The notes beneath the pieces were generated by a model that was not told where the DNA came from, did not search any database, and saw only the letters and a program-made list of their open reading frames with translations. Positions 26,001-41,000 of a stretch of 64,000 nt of DNA are shown here, piece after piece (within the stretch, counting starts at the first letter, position 1; each line of letters opens with the position of its first letter). The stretch comes from Eledone cirrhosa (lineage: Eukaryota). The stretch is taken from the NCBI GenBank assembly GCA_964016885.1, contig OZ024744.1, positions 41,850,001 to 41,914,000 on the forward strand, given 5' to 3'. Made by a program: the position numbers and the translations under genes.

Positions 26001-29000
26001 AGTCTCGTGAGTATTACATAAGGGTATTATATAAGTCACATGAGTATTAGATTAGGGTATTAGATAAGTCTCATGAGTATTAGATAAGGGTATTAGATCA
26101 GTCTCATGACTATTAGATAAGGGTAGTAGATAAGTCTCATGAGTATTAGATAAGGGTATTAGATAAGTCTCATGCGTATTAGATAAGGGTTTTAGATCAG
26201 TCTCATGAGTATTAGATAAGGGTATTAGATAAGTCTCATGAGTATTAGATAAGGGTATTAGATCAGTCTGATGAGTATTAGATAAGGGTATTAGATAAGT
26301 CTCATGAGTATTAGATAAGGGTATTAGATCAGTCTTATGAGTATTAGATAAGGGTATTAGATAAGTCTCATGACTATTAGATAAGGGTATTAGATCAGTC
26401 TCATGACTATTAGATAAGGGTGTTAGATCAGTCTCATGACTATAAGATAAGGGTATTAGTTAAGTCTCATGAGTATTAGATAAGGGTATTAGATAACTCT
26501 CATGAGTATTAGATAAGGGTATTAGATAAGTCTCATGAGTATTAGATAAGGGTATTAGATAAGTCACAGGAGTATTAGATAAGGGTATTAGATAAGTCTC
26601 ATGAGTATTAGATAAGGGTATTAGATAAGTCTCATGAGTATTAGATAAGGGTATTAGATCAGTCTGATGAGTATTAGATAAGGGTATTAGATAAGTCTCA
26701 TGACTATTAGATAAGCGTATTAGATCAGTCTCATGACTATTAGATAAGGGTGTTAGATCAGTCTCATGACTATAAGATAAAGGTATTAGATAAGTCTCAT
26801 GAGTATTAGATAAGGGTATTAGATAAGTCTCATGAGTATTAGATAAGGGTATTAGATAAGTCTCATGAGTATTAGATAATGGTATTAGATAAGTCTCATG
26901 AGTATTAGATAAGGGTATTAGATAAGTCTCAAGCGTATTAGATAAGGGTATTAGATCAGTCTCATAATCATTAGATAAGGGTATTAGATCAGTCTCATGA
27001 GTATTAGATAAGGGTATTAGATCAGTCTATTGACTATTAGATAAGGGTATTAGATAAGTCTCATGAGTATTAGATTAGGGTATTAGATAAGTCTCATGAG
27101 TATTAGATAAGGGTATTAGATCAGACTCATGAATATTAGATAAGGGTATTAGATAAGGGTATTAGATAATAGTATTAGATTAGTTTCATGAGTATTAGAT
27201 AAGGGTATTAGAGAAGTCTCATGAGTATTAGATAAGGGTATTAGATCAGTCTCATGAGTATTAGATAAGGGTATTAGATAAGGGTATGAGATAAGAGTAT
27301 TAGATAAGCCTCATGAATATTAGATAAGGGTATTAGATCAGTCTCATGAGCATTAGATAAGGGTATTAGATCAATCTCATGAGTATTAGATAAGGGTATT
27401 AGATACGTCTCATGAATATTAGATAAGGGTATTAGATCAGTCTCATGAGTAATCGATGAGTGTATTAGATAAATCTCATGAGTATCAGATAAGCGTATTA
27501 GATAAGTCTCAAGAGTATTAGATTAGGGTATTAGATAAGTCTTATGAGTATTAGATGAGGGTATTAGATAAATCACATGAGTATAAGATAAGGGTATTAG
27601 ACTAGTCTGATGAGTATTAGATAAGGGTAGTAGATCAGTCTCATGAGTATTAGATAAGTCTCATGAGTATTAGATAAGGGTATTAGATGAGTCTCATGTG
27701 TATTAGATAAGACTATTAGATCAGTCTCATGAGAATTAGATAAGGGTATTAGATAATTCCCATGAGTATTAGATAAGGGTAGTAGATAAGTCTCATGAGT
27801 ATTAGATAAGGGTATTAGATAAGTCTCATGAGTATTATATGAGGGTATTAGATTAATCTCATGAGTATTAGATTAGGGTATTAGATAAGTCTCATGAGTA
27901 TTAATTAAGGGTATTAGATAAGTCTCATGACTATTACATAAGGGTAGTAGATAAGTCTCATGAGTATTAGATAAGGGTATTAGATAATTCCCATGAGTAT
28001 TAGATAAGGGTATTAGATAAGTGTCATGAGTATTAGATAAGGGTATTAGATAAGTCTCATGAGTATTAGATAAGGGTATTAGATAAGTCTCATGAGTATT
28101 AGATAAGGGTATTAGATAAGTCTCATAAGTATTAGATAAGGGTATTAGATAAGTCTCATGAGTATTAGATAAGGGTATTAGATAAGTCTCGTGAGTATTA
28201 CATAAGGGTATTATATAAGTCACATGAGTATTAGATTAGGGTATTAGATAAGTCTCATGAGTATTAGATAAGGGTATTAGATCAGTCTCATGACTATTAG
28301 ATAAGGGTAGTAGATAAGTCTCATGAGTATTAGATAAGGGTATTAGATAAGTCTCATGCGTATTAGATAAGGGTTTTAGATCAGTCTCATGAGTATTAGA
28401 TAAGGGTATTAGATAAGTCTCATGAGTATTAGATAAGGGTATTAGATCAGTCTGATGAGTATTAGATAAGGGTATTAGATAAGTCTCATGAGTATTAGAT
28501 AAGGGTATTAGATCAGTCTTATGAGTATTAGATAAGGGTATTAGATAAGTCTCATGACTATTAGATAAGGGTATTAGATCAGTCTCATGACTATTAGATA
28601 AGGGTGTTAGATCAGTCTCATGACTATAAGATAAGGGTATTAGTTAAGTCTCATGAGTATTAGATAAGGGTATTAGATAACTCTCATGAGTATTAGATAA
28701 GGGTATTAGATAAGTCTCATGAGTATTAGATAAGGGTATTAGATAAGTCACAGGAGTATTAGATAAGGGTATTAGATAAGTCTCATGAGTATTAGATAAG
28801 GGTATTAGATAAGTCTCATGAGTATTAGATAAGGGTATTAGATCAGTCTGATGAGTATTAGATAAGGGTATTAGATAAGTCTCATGACTATTAGATAAGC
28901 GTATTAGATCAGTCTCATGACTATTAGATAAGGGTGTTAGATCAGTCTCATGACTATAAGATAAAGGTATTAGATAAGTCTCATGAGTATTAGATAAGGG

Positions 29001-32000
29001 TATTAGATAAGTCTCATGAGTATTAGATAAGGGTATTAGATAAGTCTCATGAGTATTAGATAATGGTATTAGATAAGTCTCATGAGTATTAGATAAGGGT
29101 ATTAGATAAGTCTCAAGCGTATTAGATAAGGGTATTAGATCAGTCTCATAATCATTAGATAAGGGTATTAGATCAGTCTCATGAGTATTAGATAAGGGTA
29201 TTAGATCAGTCTATTGACTATTAGATAAGGGTATTAGATAAGTCTCATGAGTATTAGATTAGGGTATTAGATAAGTCTCATGAGTATTAGATAAGGGTAT
29301 TAGATCAGACTCATGAATATTAGATAAGGGTATTAGATAAGGGTATTAGATAATAGTATTAGATTAGTTTCATGAGTATTAGATAAGGGTATTAGAGAAG
29401 TCTCATGAGTATTAGATAAGGGTATTAGATCAGTCTCATGAGTATTAGATAAGGGTATTAGATAAGGGTATGAGATAAGAGTATTAGATAAGCCTCATGA
29501 ATATTAGATAAGGGTATTAGATCAGTCTCATGAGCATTAGATAAGGGTATTAGATCAATCTCATGAGTATTAGATAAGGGTATTAGATACGTCTCATGAA
29601 TATTAGATAAGGGTATTAGATCAGTCTCATGAGTAATCGATGAGTGTATTAGATAAATCTCATGAGTATCAGATAAGCGTATTAGATAAGTCTCAAGAGT
29701 ATTAGATTAGGGTATTAGATAAGTCTTATGAGTATTAGATGAGGGTATTAGATAAATCACATGAGTATAAGATAAGGGTATTAGACTAGTCTGATGAGTA
29801 TTAGATAAGGGTAGTAGATCAGTCTCATGAGTATTAGATAAGTCTCATGAGTATTAGATAAGGGTATTAGATGAGTCTCATGTGTATTAGATAAGACTAT
29901 TAGATCAGTCTCATGAGAATTAGATAAGGGTATTAGATAATTCCCATGAGTATTAGATAAGGGTAGTAGATAAGTCTCATGAGTATTAGATAAGGGTATT
30001 AGATAAGTCTCATGAGTATTATATGAGGGTATTAGATTAATCTCATGAGTATTAGATTAGGGTATTAGATAAGTCTCATGAGTATTAATTAAGGGTATTA
30101 GATAAGTCTCATGACTATTACATAAGGGTAGTAGATAAGTCTCATGAGTATTAGATAAGGGTATTAGATAATTCCCATGAGTATTAGATAAGGGTATTAG
30201 ATAAGTGTCATGAGTATTAGATAAGGGTATTAGATAAGTCTCATGAGTATTAGATAAGGGTATTAGATAAGTCTCATGAGTATTAGATAAGGGTATTAGA
30301 TAAGTCTCATGAGTATTAGATAAGGGTGTTAGATAAGTCTCATGAGTATTAGATAAGGGTGTTAGATCAGTCTCATGAGTATTAGATAAGGGTATTAGAT
30401 ATGTCTCATGCCTATGAGATAAGGGTGTTAGATCAGTCTCATGACTATTAGATAAGGGTATTAAATAAGTCTCATGAGTATTAGATAAGGGTATTAGATA
30501 AGTCTCATGCCTATAAGATAAGGGTTTTAGATTACTCTTATGAGTATTAGATAGGGGTATTAGATAAGTCTCATGAGTATTAGATAAGGGTATTAGATCA
30601 GTCTTATGAGTATTAGATAGGGGTATTTGATAAGTCTCATGAGTATTAGATAAGGGTATTAGATCAGTCTTATGAGTATTAGATAAGGGTATTAGATTAG
30701 TCTGATGAGTATTAGATAAGGGTAGTAGATCAGTCTCATGAGTATTAGATAAGGGTATTAGATAAGTCCCATGAGTATTAGATAAGGGTATTAGATCAGT
30801 CACATGAGTATTAGATAAGGGTATTAGATAAGTCTCATGAGTATTAGATAAGGGTATTAGATAAGTCTCATGCATATTACATAAGGGTATTAGATCAGTC
30901 TCATGAGTATTAAATAAGGGTATTAGATAAGTCTCATGAATATTAGATAAGGGTATTAGATCCGTCTCATGAGTATTAGATAAGGGTATTAGATCAGTCT
31001 CATGAGCATTAGATAAGGGTATTAGATCAATCTCATGAGTATTAGATAAGGGTATAGGATAAGTCTCATGACTATTAGATATGGGTATTACATAAGTCTC
31101 ATGAGTATTAGATTAGGGTAGTAGATCAGTCTCATGAGTATTAAATAAGGGTGTTAGATCAGTCTCATGAGCATTAGATAAGGGTATTAGATCAATCTCA
31201 TGAGTATTAGATAAGGGTATTAGATAAGTCTCATGACTATTAGATAAGGGTATTAGATAAGTCTCATGAGTATTAGATAAGGGTATTAGATAAGTCTCAT
31301 GAGTATTAGATAAGGGTGTTAGATAAGTCTCATGAGTATTAGATAAGGGTATTAGATAAGTCTCATGAGTATAAGATAAGGGTATTAGATCAGTCTTATG
31401 AGTATTAGATAAGGGTATTAGATATGTCTCACTAATATTAGATGAGGGTATTAGATCAGTCTCATGACTATTAGATAAGGGTATTAGATCAGTCTCATGA
31501 GAATTAGATAAGGGTATTAGATAATTTCCATGAGTATTAGATAAGGGTAGTAGATAAGTCTCATGAGTATTATATGAGGGTATTAGATAAATCTCATGAG
31601 TATTAATTAAGGTTATTAGATAAGTCTCATGACTATTACATAAGGGTAGTAGATAAGTCTCATGAGTATTAGATAAGGGTATTAGATAATTCCCATGAGT
31701 ATTAGATAAGGGTATTAGATAAGTCTCATGAGTATTGGATAAGGGTATTAGATAAGTATTATGAGTATTAGATAAGGGTATTAGATAAGTCTCATGAGTA
31801 TTAGATAAGGGTATTAGATCTGTCTCATGAGTATTAGATAAGGGTATTAGATAAGTCTCATCAGTATTAGATAAGGGTATTAGATAAGTCTCGTGAGTAT
31901 TAGATAAGGGTATTAGATAATTTTCATGAGTATTACATAAGGGTATTAGATAAGTCTCATGAGTATTAGATTAGGGTATTAGATAAGTCTCATGAGTATT

Positions 32001-35000
32001 AGATAAGGGTATTAGATCAATCTCATGAGTATTAGATAAGGGTATTAGATAAGTCTCATGACTATTAGATAAGGGTATTAGATAAGTCTCATGAGTATTA
32101 GATAAGGGTATTAGATCAGTCTCATGAGTATTAGATAAGGGTTTTAGATTAGTCACATGAGTATTAGATAAGGGTATTAGATAAGTCTCATGAGTATTAG
32201 ATTAGGGTATTAGATAAGTCTTATGAGTATTAGATAAGGGTGTTAGATCAGTCTCATGACTATTAGATAAGGGTATTAGATAAGTCTCATGAGTATTAGA
32301 TAAGGGTATTAGATCAGTCTCATGCCTATTAGATAAGGGTTTTAGATCAGTGTTATGAGTATTAGATAGGGGTATTAGATAAGTCTCATGAGTATTAGAT
32401 AAGGGTATTAGATCAGTCTCATAATCATTAGATAAGGGTATTAGATAAGTCTCATGAGTATTAGATAAGGGTATTAGATCAGTCTCATGAGTATTAGATA
32501 AGGGTATTAGATCAGTCTATTGACTATTATATAAGGGTATTAGATAAGTCTCATGAGTATTAGATAAGGGTATTAGATAAGTCTCATAAGTATGAGATAA
32601 GGGTATTAGATAAGTCTCATGAGTATTAGATAAGGGTATTAGATAAGTCTCATGAGTATTACATAAGGGTATTAGATAAGTCTCATGAGTATTAGATTAG
32701 GGTATTAGATAAGTCTCATGAGTATTAGATAAGGGTATTAGATCAGTCTCATGACTATTAGATAAGGGTAGTAGATAAGTCTCATGAGTATTAGATAGGG
32801 GTATTAGATAAGTCTCATGCGTATTAGATAAGGGTTTTAGATCAGTCTCATGAGTATTAGATAAGGGTATTAGATAAGTCTCATGAGTATTAGATAAGGG
32901 TATTAGATCAGTCTTATGAATATTAGATAAGGGTATTAGATAAGTCTCACTAATATTAGATAAGGGTATTAGATAAGTCTCACTAATATTAGATAAGGAT
33001 ATTAGATCAGTCTGATGATGAGTATTAGATAATGGTATTAGATAAGTCCCATGAGTATTAGATAGGGGTATTAGATAAGTCTCATGAGTATTAGATAGGG
33101 GTATTAGATCAGTCTCATGAGTATTAGATAAGGGTATTAGATCAGTCTCATTAGTATTAGATAAGGGTATTAGATAAGTCTCATGAACATTAGATAAGGG
33201 TATTAGATCAGTCTCATGAATATTAGATAAGGGTATTAGATCAGTCTCATGAGTATTAGATAAGGGTATTGGATCAGTCTCATGGATATTAGATAAGGGT
33301 ATTAGATAAGTCTAATGAATATTAGATAAGGGTATTAGATCAGTCTCATGAGTATTAGATAAGGGTATTAGATCAGTCTCATGAGCATTAGATAAGGGTA
33401 TTAGATCAATCTCATGAGTATTAGATAAGGGTATAGGATAAGTCTCATGACTATTAGATAAGGGTATTAGATAAGTCTCATGAGTATTAGATTAGGGTAT
33501 TAGATAAGTCTCATGAGTATTAGATAAGGGTATTAGATCAGTCTCATGACTATTAGATAAGGGTGTTAGATCAGTCTCATGACTATAAGATAAGGGTATT
33601 AGATAAGTCTCATGAGTATTAGATAAGGGTATTAGATAAGTCTCATGAGTATTAGATAAGGGTATTAGATAAGTCTCATGAGTATTAGATAAGGGTATTA
33701 GATAAGTCTCATGAGTATTAGATAAGGGTATTAGATAAGTCTCAAGCGTATTAGATAAGGGTATTAGATCAGTCTCATAATCATTAGATAAGGGTATTAG
33801 ATCAGTCTCATGAGTATTAGATAAGGGTATTAGATCAGTCTATTGACTATTAGATAAGGGTAGTAGATAAGTCTCATGAGTATTAGATAGGGGTATTAGA
33901 TAAGTCTCATGCGTATTAGATAAGGGTTTTAAATCAGTCTCATGAGTATTAGATAAGGGTATTAGATAAGTCTCATGAGTATTAGATAAGGGTATTAGAT
34001 CAGTCTCATGAATATTAGATAAGGGTATTAGATAAGTCTCACTAATATTAGATAAGGGTATTAGATAAGTCTCACTAATATTAGATAAGGATATTAGATC
34101 AGTCTGATGATGAGTATTAGATAATGGTATTAGATAAGTCCCATGAGTATTAGATAGGGGTATTAGATAAGTCTCATGAGTATTAGATAAGGGTATTAGA
34201 TCAGTCTCATTAGTATTAGATAAGGGTATTAGATAAGTCTCATGAATATTAGATAAGGGTATTAGATCAGTCTCATGAATATTAGATAAGGGTATTAGAT
34301 CAGTCTCATGAGTATTAGATAAGGGTATTAGATCAGTCTCATGAATATTAGATAAGGGTATTAGATAAGTCTAATGAATATTAGATAAGGGTATTAGATA
34401 AGTCTCATGAGTATTAGATAAGGGTATTAGATCAGTCTCATGAGCATTAGATAAGGGTATTAGATCAATCTCATGAGTATTAGATAAGGGTATAGGATAA
34501 GTCTCATGACTATTAGATAAGGGTATTAGATCAGTCTCATGAATATTAGATAAGGGTATTAGATAAGTCTCATGAGTATTAGATTAGGGTATTAGATAAG
34601 TCTTATGAGTATTAGATAAGGGTGTTAGATCAGTCTCATGACTATTAGATAAGGGTATTACATAAGTCTCATGAGTATTAGATAAGGGTATTAGATCAGT
34701 CTCATGCCTATTAGATAAGGGTTTTAGATCAGTGTTATGAGTATTAGATAGGGGTATTAGATAAGTCTCATGAGTATTAGATAAGGGTATTAGATCAGTC
34801 TCATAATCATTAGATAAGGCTATTAGATAAGTCTCATGAGTATTAGATAAGGGTATTAGATCAGTCTCATGAGTATTAGATAAGGGTATTAGATCAGTCT
34901 ATTGACTATTATATAAGGGTATTAGATAAGTCTCATGAGTATTAGATAAGGGTATTAGATAAGTCTCATAAGTATTAGATAAGGGTATTAGATAAGTCTC

Positions 35001-38000
35001 ATGAGTATTAGATAAGGGTATTAGATAAGTCTCATGAGTATTACATAAGGGTATTAGATAAGTCTCATGAGTATTAGATTAGAGTATTAGATAAGTCTCA
35101 TGAGTATTAGATAAGGGTATTAGATCAGTCTCATGACTATTAGATAAGGGTAGTAGATAAGTCTCATGAGTATTAGATAGGGGTATTAGATAAGTCTCAT
35201 GCGTATTAGATAAGGGTTTTAGATCAGTCTCATGAGTATTAGATAAGGGTATTAGATCAGTCTTATGAATATTAGATAAGGGTATTAGATAAGTCTCACT
35301 AATATTAGATAAGGGTATTAGATAAGTCTCACTAATATTAGATAAGGATATTAGATCAGTCTGATGATGAGTATTAGATAATGGTATTAGATAGTCCCAT
35401 GAGTATTAGATAGGGGTATTAGATAAGTCTCATGAGTATTAGATAGGGGTATTAGATCAGTCTCATGAGTATTAGATAAGGGTATTAGATCAGTCTCATT
35501 AGTATTAGATAAGGGTATTAGATAAGTCTCATGAACATTAGATAAGGGTATTAGATCAGTCTCATGAATATTAGATAAGGGTATTAGATCAGTCTCATGA
35601 GTATTAGATAAGGGTATTAGATCAGTCTCATGAATATTAGAGAAGGGTATTAGATAAGTCTAATGAATATTAGATAAGGGTATTAGATCAGTCTCATGAG
35701 TATTAGATAAGGGTATTAGATCAGTCTCATGAGCATTAGATAAGGGTATTAGATCAATCTCATGAGTATTAGATAAGGGTATAGGATAAGTCTCATGACT
35801 ATTAGATAAGGGTATTAGATAAGTCTCATGAGTATTAGATTAGGGTATTAGATAAGTCTCATGAGTATTAGATAAGGGTATTAGATCAGTCTCATGACTA
35901 TTAGATAAGGGTGTTAGATCAGTCTCATGACTATAAGATAAGGGTATTAGATAAGTCTCATGAGTATTAGATAAGGGTATTAGATAAGTCTCATGAGTAT
36001 TAGATAAGGGTATTAGATAAGTCTCATGAGTATTAGATAAGGGTATTAGATAAGTCTCATGAGTATTAGATAAGGGTATTAGATAAGTCTCATGAGTATT
36101 AGATAAGGGTATTAGATAAGTCTCAAGCGTATTAGATAAGGGTATTAGATCAGTCTCATAATCATTAGATAAGGGTATTAGATCAGTCTCATGAGTATTA
36201 GATAAGGGTATTAGATCAGTCTATTGACTATAAGATAAGGGTATTAGATAAGTCTCATGAGTATTAGATAAGGGTAGTAGATAAGTCTCATGAGTATTAG
36301 ATAGGGGTATTAGATAAGTCTCATGCGTATTAGATAAGGGTTTTAGATCAGTCTCATGACTATAAGATAAGGGTATTAGATAAGTCTCATGAGTATTAGA
36401 TAAGGGTATTAGATCAGTCTTATGAATATTAGATAAGGGTATTAGATAAGTCTCACTAATATTAGATAAGGGTATTAGATAAGTCTCACTAATATTAGAT
36501 AAGGATATTAGATCAGTCTGATGATGAGTATTAGATAATGGTATTAGATAAGTCCCATGAGTATTAGATAGGGGTATTAGATAAGTCTCATGAGTATTAG
36601 ATAAGGGTATTAGATCAGTCTCATTAGTATTAGATAAGGGTATTAGATAAGTCTCATGAATATTAGATAAGGGTATTAGATCAGTCTCATGAATATTAGA
36701 TAAGGGTATTAGATCAGTCTCATGAGTATTAGATAAGGGTATTAGATCAGTCTCATGAATATTAGATAAGGGTATTAGATAAGTCTAATGAATATTAGAT
36801 AAGGGTATTAGATCAGTCCCATGAGTATTAGATAAGGGTATTAGATCAGTCTCATGAGCATTAGATAAGGGTATTAGATCAATCTCATGAGTATTAGATA
36901 AGGGTATAGGATAAGTCTCATGACTATTAGATAAGGGTATTAGATAAGTCTCATGAGTATTAGATTAGGGTATTAGATAAGTCTCATGACTATTAGATAA
37001 GGGTATTAGATCAGTCTCATGACTATTAGATAAGGGTGTTAGATCAGTCTCATGACTATAAGATAAGGGTATTAGATAAGTCTCATGAGTATTAGATAAG
37101 GGTATTAGATAAGTCTCATGAGTATTAGATAAGGGTATTAGATAAGTCTCATGAGTATTAGATAAGGGTATTAGATAAGTCTCATGAGTATTAGATAAGG
37201 GTATTAGATAAGTCTCAAGCGTATTAGATAGGGGTATTAGATCAGTCTCATAATCATTAGATAAGGGTATTAGATCAGTCTCATGAGTATTAGATAAGGG
37301 TATTAGATCACTCTATTGACTATTAGATAAGGGTATTAGATAAGTCTCATGAGTATTAGATAAGGGTATTAGATAAGTCTCATAAGTATTAGATAAGGGT
37401 ATTAGATAAGTCTCATGAGTATTAGATAAGGGTATTAGATAAGTCTCGTGAGTATTACATAAGGGTATTAGATAAGTCTCATGAGTATTAGATTAGGGTA
37501 TTAGATAAGTCTCATGAGTATTAGATACGGGTATTAGATCAGTCTCATGACTATTAGATAAGGGTAGTAGATAAGTCTCATGAGTATTAGATAAGGGTAT
37601 TAGATAAGTCTCATGCGTATTAGATAAGGGTTTTTAGATCAGTCTCATGAGTATTAGATAAGGGTATTAGATAAGTCTCATGAGTATTAGATAAGGGTAT
37701 TAGATCAGTCTGATGAGTATTAGATAAGGGCATTAGATAAGTCGCATGAGTATTAGATAAGGGTATTGGATCAGTCTTATGAGTATTAGATAAGGGTATT
37801 AGATAAGTCTCACTAATATTAGATAAGGGTATTAGATAAGTCTCATGACTATTAGATAAGGGTATTAGATCAGTCTCATGACTATTAGATAAGGGTGTTA
37901 GATCAGTCTCATGACTATAAGATAAGGGTATTAGATAAGTCTCATGAGTATTAGATAAGGGTATTAGATAAGTCTCATGAGTATTAGATAAGGGTATTAG

Positions 38001-41000
38001 ATAAGTCTCATGAGTATTAGATAAGGATATTAGATAAGTCACAGGAGTATTAGATAAGGGTATTAGATAAGTCTCATGAGTATTAGATAAGGGTATTAGA
38101 TAAGTCTCATGAGTATTAGATAAGGGTATTAGATCAGTCTGATGAGTATTAGATAAGGGTATTAGATAAGTCTCATGAGTATTAGATAAGGGTATTAGAT
38201 CAGTCTTATGAGTGTTAGATAAGGGTATTAGATAAGTCTCACTAATATTAGATAAGGGTATTAGATAAGTCTCATGACTATTAGATAAGGGTATTAGATC
38301 AGTCTCATGACTATTAGATAAGGGTATTAGATCAGTCTCATGACTATAAGTTAAGGGTATTAGATAAGTCTCATGAGTATTAGATAAGGGTATTAGATAA
38401 GTCTCATGAGTATTAGATAAGGGTATTAGATAAGTCTCATGAGTATTAGATAAGGGTATTAGATAAGTCTCATGAGTATTAGATAAGGGTATTAGATAAG
38501 TCTCAAGCGTATTAGATAAGGGTATTAGATCAGTCTCATAATCATTAGATAAGGGTATTAGATCAGTCTCATAATCATTAGATAAGGGTATTAGATCAGT
38601 CTCATGAGTATTAGATAAGGGTATTAGATCAGTCTATTGACTATTAGATAAGGGTATTAGATAAGTCTCATGAGTATTAGATAAGGGTATTAGATAAGTC
38701 TCATAAGTATTAGATAAGGGTATTAGATAAGTCTCATGAGTATTAGATAAGGGTATTAGATAAGTCTCGTGAGTATTACATAAGGGTATTAGATAAGTCT
38801 CATGAGTATTAGATTAGGGTATTAGATAAGTCTCATGAGTATTAGATAAGGGTATTAGATCAGTCTCATGACTATTAGATAAGGGTAGTAGATAAGTCTC
38901 ATGAGTATTAGATAAGGGTATTAGATAAGTCTCATGCGTATTAGATAAGGGTTTTTAGATCAGTCTCATGAGTATTAGATAAGGGTATTAGATAAGTCTC
39001 ATGAGTATTAGATAAGGGTATTAGATCAGTCTGATGAGTATTAGATAAGGGTATTAGATAAGTCTCATGAGTATTAGATAAGGGTATTAGATCAGTCTTA
39101 TGAGTATTAGATAAGGGTATTAGATAAGTCTCACTAATATTAGATAAGGGTATTAGATAAGTCTCATGACTATTAGATAAGGGTATTAGATCAGTCTGAT
39201 GAGTATTAGATAAGGGTATTAGATAAGTCTCATGAGTATTAGATGAGGGTATTAGATCAGTCTTATGAGTATTAGATAAGGGTATTAGATAATTCTCACT
39301 AATATTAGATAAGGGTATTAGATAAGTCTCATGATTATTAGATAAGGGTATTAGATAAGTCTCATGAGTATTAGATTAGGGTATTAGATAAGTCTCATGA
39401 GTATTATATGAGGGTATTAGATAAATCTCATGAGTATTAGATTAGGGTATTAGATAAGTCTCATGACTATTACATAAGGGTAGTAGATAAGTCTCATGAG
39501 TATTAGATAAGGGTATTAGATAAGTCCCATGAGTATTAGATAAGGGTATTAGATAAGTCTCATGAGTATTAGATAAGGGTATTAGATAAGTCTCATAAGT
39601 ATTAGATAAGGGTATTAGATAATTCTCATGAGTATTAGATAAGGGTATTAGATAAGTCTCATGAGTATTACATAAGGGTATTAGATCAGTCTCATGAGTA
39701 TTAGATAAGGGTATTAGATAAGTCTCATGTGTATTAGATAAGGGTATTAGATCAGTCTCATGACTATTAGATAAGGGTAGTAGATAAGTCTCACTAATAT
39801 TAGATAAGGGTATTAGATAAGTCTCATGAATATTAGATAAGGGTATTAGATCAGTCTCATGAGCATTAGATAAGGGTATTAGATCAATCTCATGAGTATT
39901 AGATAAGGGTATTAGATAAGTCTCATGACTATTAGATAAGGGTATTAGATTAGTCTCATGAGTATTAGATAAGGGTATTAGATTAGTCTCATGAGTATTA
40001 GATGAGGGTATTAGATAAGTCTCATGAGTATTATATAAGGGTATTAGATAAGTGTCATGAGTATTAGATTAGGTTATTACATAAGTCTCATGTGTATTAG
40101 ATTAGGGTATTAGATAAGTCTCATGAGTATAAGATAAGGGTATTAGATCAGTCTCATGACTATTAGATAAGGGTATTAGACAAGTCTCATGAGTATAAGA
40201 TAAGGGTATTAGAAAAGTCTCATGAGTATTAGATAAGGGTATTAGATAAGTCTCATGAGTATTAGATAAAGGTATTAGATAAGTCTCATGAGTATTAGAT
40301 AAGGGTATTAGATAAGTCTCATGAGTATTAGATAAGGGTATTAGATAAATCTCATGAGTATTAGATGAGCGTATTAGATCAGTCTCATTAGTATTAGATA
40401 AAGGTATTAGACAAGTCTCATGAGTATAAGATAAGGGTATTAGAAAAGTTTCATGAGTATTAGATTAGGGTATTAGATAAGTCTCATGAGTATTAGATGA
40501 GGGTATTAGATCAGTATCATTAGTATTAGATAAGGGTATTAGATAAATCTCATGAGTATAAGATAAGGGTATTAGATCAGTCTCATGACTATTAGATAAG
40601 GGTAATAGACAAGTCTAATGAGTATAAGATAAGGGTATTAGTAAAGTCTCATAAGTATTAGATAAGGGTATTAGATAAGGGTATTAGATAAGGGTATTAG
40701 ATAAGAGTATTAGATAAGTCTCATGAATATTAGATAAGGGTATTAGATCAGTCTCATGAGTAGTAGATAAGGATATTAGATAAGTCACATGAGTATTAGA
40801 TAGGGGTATTATATCAGTCTCATGAGTATTAGATAAGGGTATTAGATAAGTTTCATGAGTATTAGATAAGGGTATTAGATCAGTCTCATAAGTATTAGAT
40901 AACGGTATTAGATAATTCTCATGAGTATTAGATAAGGGTATTAGATAAGTCTCACGAGTATTAGATAAGGGTATTAGATAAGTCTCATGAGTATTAGATA

